Under the pieces are notes generated by a model that was given only the letters and a program-made list of their open reading frames with translations, was not told where the DNA came from and did no database searches. Made by a program: the position numbers and the translations under genes. Shown here one piece after another: positions 1 through 9,532 of a DNA stretch of 32,000 nt. The first letter of the stretch is position 1. Each line of letters begins with the position of its first letter. Source of the stretch: Wallemia ichthyophaga EXF-994 (Eukaryota; Fungi; Basidiomycota). The stretch is taken from assembly GCF_000400465.1 (NCBI RefSeq), contig NW_008806287.1:180001-212000 (forward strand), given 5' to 3'.

Positions 1-792
1 TCGCTGCTGTGCGTGGTATAGCCAAGCTATTTGCATCGGCTCACAGCTCAGCGGCCTCTGCCTTTTTATAAAGTCGACAGCCCGGAATACAATATCTGCG
101 TTATCAGTATTGTTTTCGTTGAGGTCATCGTAGAATGGCTTTAATTTGTGGTCTTTGCATCGTATAAGCTCGTTTAAGGCTATAAATGTTGCACTTCTGC
201 CGATCCCTGCTGAGCAATGCACAACACAAGGTGATTGCCTATCGAGTCTACGCAAAAGGGTTTTTAAAGAGGAAAGTGATTTCGGCGCGGAGTGATCTGG
301 CCATATCTTGTAGAGTATATGACGGGTTTCAAGTGATTTAAAGGGCGTTGTTATCTCGATAATCGTTGTCAGACATTCTTCGTCCTCATCTATGGACTTT
401 TTTGTGATAGTAATACCATCCAGCTGAATAAAATCGTTTGGCAGGTAATAATCAACCTTTACTCTCCCGCTCTCGCGATAATTGGACAGCTGTATGATAT
501 CACGGGCACCTTCCTCGAGAATCATCGTGTAGAATGATTGCAGCGTGTGCAACGGTGGTGCTTGTGTGGCTATAAACATCTTTGACTGCCCAATATCGCA
601 ATTAAAGTCGTTAAACTGCACGACGGATGCGTTGATATACTCCACTGTGCTCGGCAGGCTTTCATCGTAGCAGAGTATATTTGTATACCTATTAAACGCG
701 ATAAATCGCGTTGACTTGGACTTTGATAAAGATTTCCTGTCTAATCGGACTTTCTCTCGTCGAGACAGCTCTTGAATGGAATCAGCCATCAT
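1..792 (-). CDS. Classical protein-tyrosine phosphatase (3' end runs off the window)
   Basis: Manual minus-strand translation from ATG 792/789 gives, in one frame, NRYTNILCYD, YINAS, FIATQAP, WPDH and the VHCSAGIGRSATF P-loop (H codon at 219-217). Absent from the ORF track because no stop lies inside the window. Confidence 0.93.
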   Translation of the reverse strand, partial: MMADSIQELSRREKVRLDRKSLSKSKSTRFIAFNRYTNILCYDESLPSTVEYINASVVQFNDFNCDIGQSKMFIATQAPPLHTLQSFYTMILEEGARDIIQLSNYRESGRVKVDYYLPNDFIQLDGITITKKSIDEDEECLTTIIEITTPFKSLETRHILYKIWPDHSAPKSLSSLKTLLRRLDRQSPCVVHCSAGIGRSATFIALNELIRCKDHKLKPFYDDLNENNTDNADIVFRAVDFIKRQRPLSCEPMQIAWLYHAQQR

Positions 793-1096
793 TGATTGGG
801 TGAATGAAGCACTCGAGGATCAGCAACCAAACAATCTCATCAATCAGCTCGATGATAAGTTCTACAAGCTCATTTCAAATATAAACGAAAAAATTCAGTC
901 CATCGACTACGATAAATCTCAGTTAGATGACCTCAATCGTTTGGCTGTTGAGTTGCAATCGCAGTTATCTCATTTACGTAAAGATTTGCGCTCTCTACCT
1001 ACAGACGATGTACACCTATCTAAACTAAACACTCTCTCGCGTCTGCACTCCGAGTTACTGACACAAACTGAAAATCTTCGCAACTCATTCATTTGA
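776..1096 (+). CDS. Small coiled-coil protein resembling the N-terminal segment of COG7
   Basis: 106-aa ATG-started ORF with heptad pattern. IDWVNEAL and LDDLNRLAVELQSQLSHLRKDL resemble, by eye, the COG7 N-terminus (KEWINAAF...[23 protein letters not shown]). It overlaps both neighbours, so its status is uncertain. Confidence 0.5.
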   Translation: MESAIIDWVNEALEDQQPNNLINQLDDKFYKLISNINEKIQSIDYDKSQLDDLNRLAVELQSQLSHLRKDLRSLPTDDVHLSKLNTLSRLHSELLTQTENLRNSFI

Positions 1097-2473
1097 TCCA
1101 ACATTCCCCCCATCAATCAGGATATTGAACGTAAAGTCCTTATACTCCTCCTCTGCCTCGTCCATATGCGGCGTCGATGGCGGCGTCATGGTTCGGTACG
1201 TATACGTTACTTGTAAGACAACCTAGACCTTTTCATCAGCATATACCTTTTCTTTACCAAAACTCACCTCTAATCTCTTTGCGTCTTGGTATACTCCCAA
1301 TTCAAACATACTGTTTGTCCAATTACCCTTGCTCTCCACCAGTCCGACAGACTTGGCCTCTGAGATGCGTCTTGCCTGACTCTGCACCCACGCCTCCTCT
1401 TCAAACTCCATGACATCGTTGAATGCACCTATCTCATACTCCCCCTCGTCTATACGAGCTTTGCAGCCACTCTGGTGCACAACTTTCATCCTGATCTTCA
1501 TAGCGTCGTACAGTGGATTGACTGTATGCATCTCAAACACATACACCCTCCCTCCTCTCAACTCTCCATTGCTTGTGAGTCTCGATCCTGTAGGTTGCAG
1601 CGCCATCCGCGCTATCCTCGCGTTAATCGCAGGCAGGTAGTTATTAGCTGTCATCTTTATCTTGTGTTTAGTGTGTGATTTGGTATCTGGTTTGATGAGG
1701 ATATGCCTACACGTAGCGCAACGTTTGCTGTATTTTGTAACTAGTTTGATTCTTTGAGGTGTCTGCAGGTGTTTGTATATGCTAGATGGATATGAATTGC
1801 TCGAGTTGTGAATGTCGTGGAGATCTGTGGCATTCCTAAGAATGTTGAGTTTATCAAACTCAGTCTCTGCCAAAGACTCCAGCTGCCTATCGCTCGTGTC
1901 TGGCGTTGCGTGTGCCGGGTAGAGAGGATGGAAAGCAACGTCATCTACGAAACCGTCAACGCTAAGGAGAGACTCGAATTTACTTCTGACATGCTCAAAC
2001 TCCTCATTAGCTCTGCCTTCCTTCTCGTCTCCGCGCGCAATAAGCGCTCCGATACCCGTAGGTTTATCAAATACACCCCTCTCACCGAAACACCTGCTGT
2101 TCCAGCCACAGCATCCACAGCTAAGCAAGAAGGGCGGGTCGGCACGAGAAGACTCCGCCTCAGTGAGCTTATCGAGACTGATATTAGGATCGTCGATGCT
2201 AGTGCCTGTGCCAACGGTAGACAGCGAACTCTGACATAGCGGGCAACTCGAGCAATTCCTCATACACCTATTCCTCTGCGATTTCACAGACGCCGTTGGT
2301 ACTTCAAATAAACAATTGGGGCAGTAATGCATCACTGCGTCGAGTATGATAGTTCGCGGGCAGCGTATAGCGTCGCATTCTTCGCAGAAATACAAATGCG
2401 AGAGCGGATAGAACTCGCCCTTATCCAGCGCCGATCGCAGCTTGGACTGATAGAGTACGCTGACTGACGCCAT
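1085..2473 (-). CDS. DCTN4: Dynactin subunit p62 (DCTN4 family)
   Basis: LYFCEECDAIRCP..YCPNCLFEVP..RNRCMRNCSSCPLC zinc motifs and KRCATCRHILIKP. ATG at 2473; intron 1267-1223 (GTGAGT..TAG); last exon ends KDFTFNILIDGGNVGSNE* at 1085. Confidence 0.92.
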
Positions 2474-2615
2474 AATTTGGAGAAGATGGTGGTTAGGGCG
2501 TAAGAGAAGGCAGGATTCGATTAATTGCACTAATCCAGTTAGCTACAATGCACGCAACACTCGCCACACGCACTACACTCCTCTACACCGAACGACCATC
2601 AATGAGCACACGGAT

Positions 2616-3286
2616 ATGAGATCCATCCGGCACTTCTGTTCGACACACACAACACCGCGATCTGGCAGGAGCCTCAACTCGCTGTGGTCGAAACTGCAGC
2701 GGGAAAATTACGAATCGATATCGACGGAGCCGGCAACAACATCGATACAAACTCCAACGCCGAATCCAGGTGATTTGGGGCATGACAAGAAGGAAAAGAG
2801 CGTCGAAAGTAGCAAAACCCACGCGCACACCATTCAAGGCGTTGAAATACCCACAAAACCAAACCAACCTGCACCAGACGAATGTTGTATGTCAGGCTGC
2901 CCAAACTGCACATACGACATATACGCAGATGACTTGGCAAACTACCTCGCTGTTGCCCCGAAAGCAGCATCTCAACTAGAAAGCAAGGGTGTGGCTCTCG
3001 ATAGGTGGCCCATGGATCTCAGAGGCTTTGCAGGCTCAGACTCCTCCAAGTCTCCTCTAGAGGCTGAGGCTGAGGCTGAGAAGACTGCGGATAAGCTCGT
3101 CAGCGACTTAGATCCAACTATGAGGGCTTTCTTGGAGGTATGTCCGCTATTTCTACGCTTCGTCACTCACACAGCCGCAGATGGAACGCAATCTGAAGAA
3201 GGTGGGCTGTTTTTAGCTGAAATATCCACATCATACTAATTACGTTACAGAAAAAGAAGCAGATCGACCGTGAGCGACAGTCATAA
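2616..3286 (+). CDS. Oxidoreductase-like domain protein (OXLD1/PF09791-type), probably mitochondrial
   Basis: PAPDECCMSGCPNCTYDIYADDL motif and an Arg/Ser-rich N-terminus. Introns 3138-3180 and 3202-3250 give the ending FLE-MERNLKK-KKKQIDRERQS*. Confidence 0.85.
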
Positions 3287-4655
3287 CGAACTTTATATAA
3301 GTAGGACAGATTTGTACCGCGATATAGAATACGATCAGATCAAATATCACTTGACTGACGCTCTAGAGCTAAGGTATTATGCTGCATTTCTCCACAAGCC
3401 GTAACAAGCGTGGTCAAACTTCAACCTACTAAACCTAACCATCACAGTATCAATACTGGAGCTATTTTGACGTGCCAAAAAAACTTACAGTAAAAGCATT
3501 CAATACACCTTAATATTCTTAGTTTTTGTAGCTGGTAATATCAATTGTTTGTTACAAAACGTCGATCGTCGATATGACGCACTTTCTGGTGCTAAAGTGT
3601 CTTCTAATAATTGTTCAATGGGGGTACTTGTAACAAATCTCATCATTTTAATTGAAATCGTGTAGAAGACAACGCGTTTGAGGTGATGCTCAGTGGCGAC
3701 TCTCCTTTAGCACCACAACGACTGCAAGCTGGGGCGATGGTGGTATATTTTTGTAGCAACCGACCGTGTAAGTGGGTTGCAGGTGTGATACTATCACCAG
3801 CGCGGCGTATCGCTGCTTGACTGCCCAGCTAGATGTGGCATGCTTCCTGTATAGTATTTTAGAGTTTAAGAATTACTTGCCTTTTACGATTCCAACGCGG
3901 CTTTCATCGCCTTCTCACCATCATTTTTTGAAATCTCCAAGTCCACCTGTGAAGCCAAACCCCCCGGATTTAAGATATGGGCTGAACCACCTTTTCTTTA
4001 TTTGATATGCGTTTTATAGACGTGCAATGCTCCAGAATGACATGGCTTTTTCTCTAGAGCAAGCAATAAGTCCTGTGAACGCTAATCAGCGTAAAACGTA
4101 AATCGCGTTTATAGAGCCAAATTCCTGTGATTTCTGGGTGCTTGCGGTCTCTATGAGCTAAGAATTCTCTTTTACCCGATAAAACGCGTCAAAGCCTCCA
4201 CATCTGTCTTATAGCGTGCTCCAAAGCTATGTCGGGTTGTAACTTCCGAGCAGCCTACGAGACGCAATTGGAGGCTTAGGGATATAATTCTGGCGTAATA
4301 ATGTATAATTCATCCAGGGCTATTTATGAAGCCCTTTTATTTGGAGATCATCAAATTCGTAAATCCGCCATCTGATATGAGATAGGTGGTAGTGAGGAAA
4401 ACAACTCAGTGGATATTGAGCGAAGACTTTTGATGGGATGAATTGAAGATACTGAAAGTGGTTCGATAATGATGGTAGCGTGAAGTTGCTTAAACTGACA
4501 GTATACATTCATCATCATATGTACTGGCCCATTTGCTAGGCGAGCTGAGCAGAGTCAATGAGATACAGTGACTTCGTAGAAGTGGAACCCTACGAAGCGA
4601 ATAGTAACTCAAGAAAGTAATGTAGTTAAACTAGGGTTATGAGGTATAAAACCTC

Positions 4656-4660
4656 AAAAA
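4656..4660 (-). terminator. RNA polymerase III oligo-T terminator of tRNA-Tyr
   Basis: TTTTT on the minus strand, 4 nt after the discriminator base. Confidence 0.75.
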
Positions 4661-4664
4661 GATG

Positions 4665-4757
4665 TCCTCCCACCCAGAATCGAACTAGGAACCTCAAGAT
4701 ATGCCAACGATAGGTTTCAATTACAGTCTTGCGCTCTGCCAATTGAGCTATAGGAGG
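4665..4757 (-). tRNA. tRNA-Tyr(GUA) with 20-nt intron
   Basis: Acceptor CCTCCTA/TGGGAGG with A73 (C1:G72 Tyr identity), D arm GCTC..GAGC, anticodon arm CAAGA-CTGTAA[ttgaaacctatcgttggcat]A-TCTTG, T arm CCTAG-TTCGATT-CTGGG. Confidence 0.97.
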
Positions 4758-4832
4758 ATATAAAGAAGTTACCCTGCCTTTGTATTAAATACAGTGGGCA
4801 AGATGCAGGTAACATGACATCATGGTCGCTAT

Positions 4833-4907
4833 GAGAACAATGAGAATAAAGAACAATGAAGATTATGCATGATTATGCACGATGACAATGAAGATAACGA
4901 AACAATG
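4833..4907. repeat. Imperfect ACAATG / GATTATGCA short repeats
   Basis: ACAATG at 4837, 4853, 4885 and 4902; GATTATGCA twice (4861, 4871). Confidence 0.7.
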
Positions 4908-4988
4908 GGAATAACCCCAAAATTCCAAACTATTCAAACGACTACTTTTCTTTTGATACATCTCAGACTTAATTCTTTTATTAATCTC

Positions 4989-5039
4989 AACGTCTCTCAC
5001 TCTTTGTGCAAGTTTTCACATCACAAAGAGTAAGACGTT
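4989..5039. other. Intergenic inverted repeat (17-bp hairpin)
   Basis: aacgtct(ctc)actctttgtg, 13-nt loop, cacaaagagt(a)agacgtt. Confidence 0.7.
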
Positions 5040-5368
5040 TACAGAGGATGTGATAAGTTTCTGGTATTACAAGTTATATTTATTGAACCAACGCAGCCGA
5101 AAAAATATTCAAATTCGATTGCTGCTCCACTAATTGAGATTTCTCTTTCCCTGGTGTGTTTTTGATCTGTTCAAGCCCACTAAAAACTCGCTTTTGCATC
5201 AGTAGGCGCTTTTGTAACCGGTGTTTCGTGTTTGGTGCACCTGAAATGTTTCACATTATCGCTTGAGAGATGGTGAGGCTGATGAAAGACTGCCCACTCA
5301 CAGCACTCACAAAATTCATTCTACACACGCCACCACGTCATAAAACAAAACATGCATAAGTTAACAGC

Positions 5369-7844
5369 TTAATCGCTTTTTAGTAGTGTAGAGACTCTAT
5401 CAAGTTTGCAACGCAAGTCTTCGATGGCAGTAGTTCTAGAGAGAGAAAAAAAAAAAAAGAGAAGAGAGTTAGCAAGAAGGGTGTTACACAACATTCCACT
5501 CACTCTTCATGAAGCACTCCCTCCACCTTAGCGATTTGCGAAGCGCCAATAGCGGATGAGGGGGTGAGTTTTGCCGCCTGGCCCAACTGATACGCCTCCA
5601 CCTGCGGCCTAAGGATATTGAGTTGATGGTTGAGCTAGCGGGGATATCAGCAGGAGTTAAAAGCGCGATGCTCAATGCACTCACCCTACTCATACGTGCC
5701 TGTAGAGCTCTACCTTTAGCATCACCATTCTTACCACCCCCACTCCCGCCAACTTCATCGCGAATGCGCGCGAGTTCCTCAAACCACTTAGTTTCATGAA
5801 CTGAAAGAGTAGGTTGGTGTCTGTCCATAAGGCGCTGAAGCAGCCGATCCATCCTAGCAAGCAGGGCGAGCTGGTCGAGAGAGACAGCGTGCACGCGACC
5901 ACCCTTGCCACTACCCACGCCTGCCTGGTTAGAAGGGTTAGTAGCGACTTGGGCGACGTGAGCGAGGCGGTCAATTTGACGTGCACTCTCGCGTATTTGC
6001 AGACTCAGTCGGTCTTGTACGCTGTTGGCACTCGCTGTGAGTGCATGAGTGTGGCGACGCACATTCGATACTACCCCACCCAGATAGCGCAGTGTCTGGG
6101 GCGTTATTGCGATCTCATCCCGCGTATGTCCCCCATCTAGTCCACGTGTTAAGTCGATAGGGTGGGCGGCATCGAGGTCGATGGGGTGGGCGGCGTCGAG
6201 CAGACTACTGTAGTGCTTCAAGTGCTCTGAGGTATGATCCGCACCCTCAGCACCCTTCTTGTGCTCCTTCTCCTCCACCCCTTCCCCGCTAGTCTCCTCC
6301 ACACGCAGCGACAAGGCCAGCGGGAGGAGCTGCAAGTTGGCAGTGAGAGCAAGGAGAAAATAACCTAAGAAAGCGTCGTTGACTATATCGAGCGCGACAA
6401 CAGGGTTGCTTTGAGCGTTATCCCTCTCACCCGTCTGGACTACCTGGATGAGTTTCGAGTCGCGCGTTATACACTCAGTCTGGGCCAGCTCGTCGAGCCA
6501 CGGCTTTAGCACGAGGGCATGCACGCCGCTGGCATGGCTGATGTAAACCGTGTCTTCGTACACTGGGTCGTGCTCGAGAGACGGGTATCCCACATCAGCA
6601 CCGTTAACCAACTGGATGGTTTCGTAGGTGGACATAACAGGTGGTTGTGCCGCTAGTTCCTGCCGCGGGTTAGCTGTTAGGACCGAAAATTAAAAAAATT
6701 AACCACTTACTGCTCGACTCGACCATCGCCCCTCGACGTTGTCGGTGGCTAGACAGACATCTACGCGGCCATTGGTGTAGACCACCACAAAGACGTCCAT
6801 CGGGAGCTGACTGGGACGAATGGCGATGATATCGGACGCGTCAGCTTCCTCATCGTCGTCGCTGGGCGGGGGCTGAACGAGATAAGGGCCCTGGCGAAGA
6901 ATAGATCCAGTAGCTCTAGGAGAGGAGCATTTGAAAGACGTAGCACTACCATCGAGGCTATGCATTTGCTTGGCCATGGCATTCAGCCAGCGCATCTGCT
7001 GGTTGAGACGGGCTTCAACGATGCCGTTGTCTTCGTGTGCAGGGTCGAGGAGCTTGGCCTCAGTGACGCCGCGGAGATTCTGTATGTAATTGATAGGGAC
7101 GAGAGCGTGGGTGGGGAGGAAGGGACACAGAGCGTACACGTCGCCGTTGCGCATGAGGGCGTACAGAGTCAGCGCGCCCCAGTCGGAGGAAGAGCAGCCG
7201 AGGTGGAAAGACACGCACTCGTCGTCGCGGTCGTCGTCGGCGGAGAAGCCTCGGGATCTGTGATTGGAGAGCGGGGTGGACAAAGAGCCGGGCATGGCGG
7301 AGTGCTGGGTGAAGGAGAGGGATTGCTGGGGCTCGTCCGAGTCGAGGGAGACGTCGTATTCGCGTAGGAGGGAATCGCGGGTGAGGACGAGGAGGGAGGC
7401 GGCGGAACAAGACCACGGGTGCCAATCGACGTTGGCAAGTTGGGAAGAGCCGGGGAGAGCGTGGTAGTACTGGCCAATGAGGATGGAGCGGGAATCTAAA
7501 GTGGGGGTGACGAGATTGGCGTATCCAGGGCGGGGGAGAACGATGACGAGGACTTGGTGGGTGCCTGAGACGGCGAGGAGCTTCTTGGTGTGGTTGAGGG
7601 CGAGCGAGTGGATATCGAAGTTGAGATTGGGGATTTGGAGTGTTTTGATGGGATTACTGGAATTACTACAGCCACCCTTCAGCTGGGCCATACTCACCAT
7701 CCTAATCACATTCTTCTCCGCCCAGATCAAATCGCTGTTCCGAACGACGAGTTTCTTGGTTTTGATTGAAGGTAAACCAGGCACACCATTGCTCCCGAGA
7801 TCTGCAACGGCTTCTGTGAGATTGCCCAGCCACGCTTCTGCCAT
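5369..7844 (-). CDS. NUP82: Nucleoporin Nup82/Nup88 family
   Basis: Beta-propeller motifs (LALNHTKKLLAVSGTHQV, VDWHPWS, LLVLTRDSLLREYDV, WGALTLYALMRNGDVYALCPFLP) plus a C-terminal coiled coil. Three GT-AG introns join the ORF pieces; last exon TTAIEDLRCKLDRVSTLLKSD*. Confidence 0.85.
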
Positions 7845-7877
7845 TTGATTTGTTGGTGTTGGACGTTGAAGAGAGAG

Positions 7878-9287
7878 ATGAGTGATGACGAGATATTCCA
7901 CAACGCGGGCATGGCGGTGTTACACTGCAGTGCCATTGAAGACACGGAAAGCCTCAAGCTACTCATCGATAAAGGCGCTCCCATCTTCTACCAGGACCCT
8001 TCTTCCGGCTACACCTCGTTGCACTTGGCAGCGGACAAACAATCACTGCGTTTGGTGCGCTATCTCCTAAGCCAGGGTGCCACTTGGAACGCCATCGACC
8101 ACGCTGGGTTTACCCCCGCAGATATCGCCCTCTCGTACGGCAACACCCCCATATACGAGGAGATAGTCGCTGAGGGCGTTAGAGCGGAGTTTATTCTCAA
8201 TCTCCTCGGCGAGAAGGCGGAGAATGGCGACAGCGGCGACGACGACGACGACAGCGGCGACAATGACGACTCCAACGACCCCGCCTCCAACCTCAACGCA
8301 TTCCTCTCCTCACAGCTCACCTACGAATACGACAGCGACGGCAACGAGCGCGTGGTTGACTCCGCCGGCGATCCCGTCATGATGGCCTGGGAGACGCCAA
8401 TCAGTGGGCACCTCTACCTACTCTGTGAGGAATGAATCTAACCTCAACGCCCAGTGAAGGCATCCGTGAGGGCGCTCTGTGATAACCACCCAGACACCCA
8501 AGACAGTCTGTCGATCCTCAATGTCGGTTTTGGTTTGGGTATTGTGAGTACGCAACTAGCGTAAACACCGCCCTGAGACATCACAGATCGACACAGAATT
8601 CCAGAAATACAGCCCAACTAACCACACCATCATCGAAGCTCATCCGCATGTTCTTCAGCATATGCGCGAGACTGGCTGGTATGACAAGCCCGGTGTCACC
8701 GTGTGTGAAGGGACATGGCAGGATCATGTGGATAGTATTGGCCAGTTTGATGTCATTTACGTGAGTTGACTGATTTACCTGCTAAAACTAGCACACTGAC
8801 ACAAGACCCAGTTCGATACATTCTCAGAACACTGTGAGGATAACCACCGTTCTTTATCGTGTCTTCTCCCCCACTAACGCCGCTCACTCCCCGCCAGACC
8901 GTGACTTGAAGGCCTTCTTCGAACATATCCCTGATCTCGTCGAGTCGCCCAACTCGCGCTTCTCCTTCTTCCACGGACTGGGTGCGACGAATGGTGTTTT
9001 CTGTGGGTGGTTATAAATAATAGATAAAGTGGCACAAGTACTCACTTTTAAACTTAACTCCCCCTCCAGACGACGTTTACACGCGTATAGCTGACATGCA
9101 CCTCGAACAAATAGGCTTGTCTGCGCAGTGGGAGGATGTACCTGTACCTGAGCTCTCCGCTGTGTGGAAGGGCGTTAGACGGTCGTATTGGAATCTGTGA
9201 GTGTTGTGTGTGTATGTTTGCTGTTCTCACAAAACAACACACAGCCCGGTATATAAACTACCTATAGCGAGAATGAACATATTTTAA
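7878..9287 (+). CDS. RMT2: Ankyrin-repeat protein arginine N-methyltransferase 2
   Basis: Ankyrin repeats ([17 protein letters not shown]). Six introns yield [46 protein letters not shown] and FSFFHGLGA, typical Rmt2 methyltransferase motifs. Confidence 0.93.
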
Positions 9288-9372
9288 AACATAGAGATAC
9301 AACGAGCGAGACGGGAGGAAGAGGGAGAGAAGGAAAAAAGAAAACGTCAACCGTAATACGTTAGTTATTTGT

Positions 9373-9404
9373 CTTTGCTACTTTGCTACTTTGCTACTGT
9401 GCTA
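9373..9404. repeat. 8-bp tandem repeat (CTTTGCTA)x4
   Basis: ctttgcta ctttgcta ctttgcta ctgtgcta between the convergent RMT2 and transcription-factor genes. Confidence 0.85.
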
Positions 9405-9532
9405 ATTTCTACTACTTTATACTTTATATTGATACGCGTGAGGGCTGTAGAAATACATAATCCATTGTAGCAGCGTACACTCTAGAGTACAGCTGTACAG
9501 CTACAGGTGAATCCATACATGCGATGGCACCA

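Noticed and set aside
1-60. Apparently deviant PTP Q-loop (QRPLSCEPMQ)
   Set aside because: A GTGAGC donor at 44 with CAG acceptors near the window edge suggests this stretch is intronic, so the true Q-loop cannot be judged here.
3879-3930. U5 snRNA-like loop GCCTTTTAC followed by an Sm-like ATTTTTTG
   Set aside because: The flanks cannot form the U5 stem around an 11-nt loop, there is no stem Ib pairing, and the same 9-mer also occurs by chance in the metacaspase gene.
4455-4470. GGTTCGA as a second tRNA T-loop
   Set aside because: No T stem, D arm or acceptor stem around it.
4632-4639. TAACCCTA (minus strand) as a telomerase RNA template
   Set aside because: Only an 8-mer, expected about once per window by chance. 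No template boundary or pseudoknot was recognisable and the telomere repeat of this organism is unknown.
5446-5458. A13 run as a retroelement poly(A) tail
   Set aside because: It is the polypyrimidine tract of the last NUP82 intron on the minus strand, between the GCTAAC branch site and the TAG acceptor.
5690-8320. Many 60-135 aa antisense or alternate-frame ORFs over NUP82 and RMT2
   Set aside because: Shadow ORFs expected from high GC and biased codon use; no recognisable domains.
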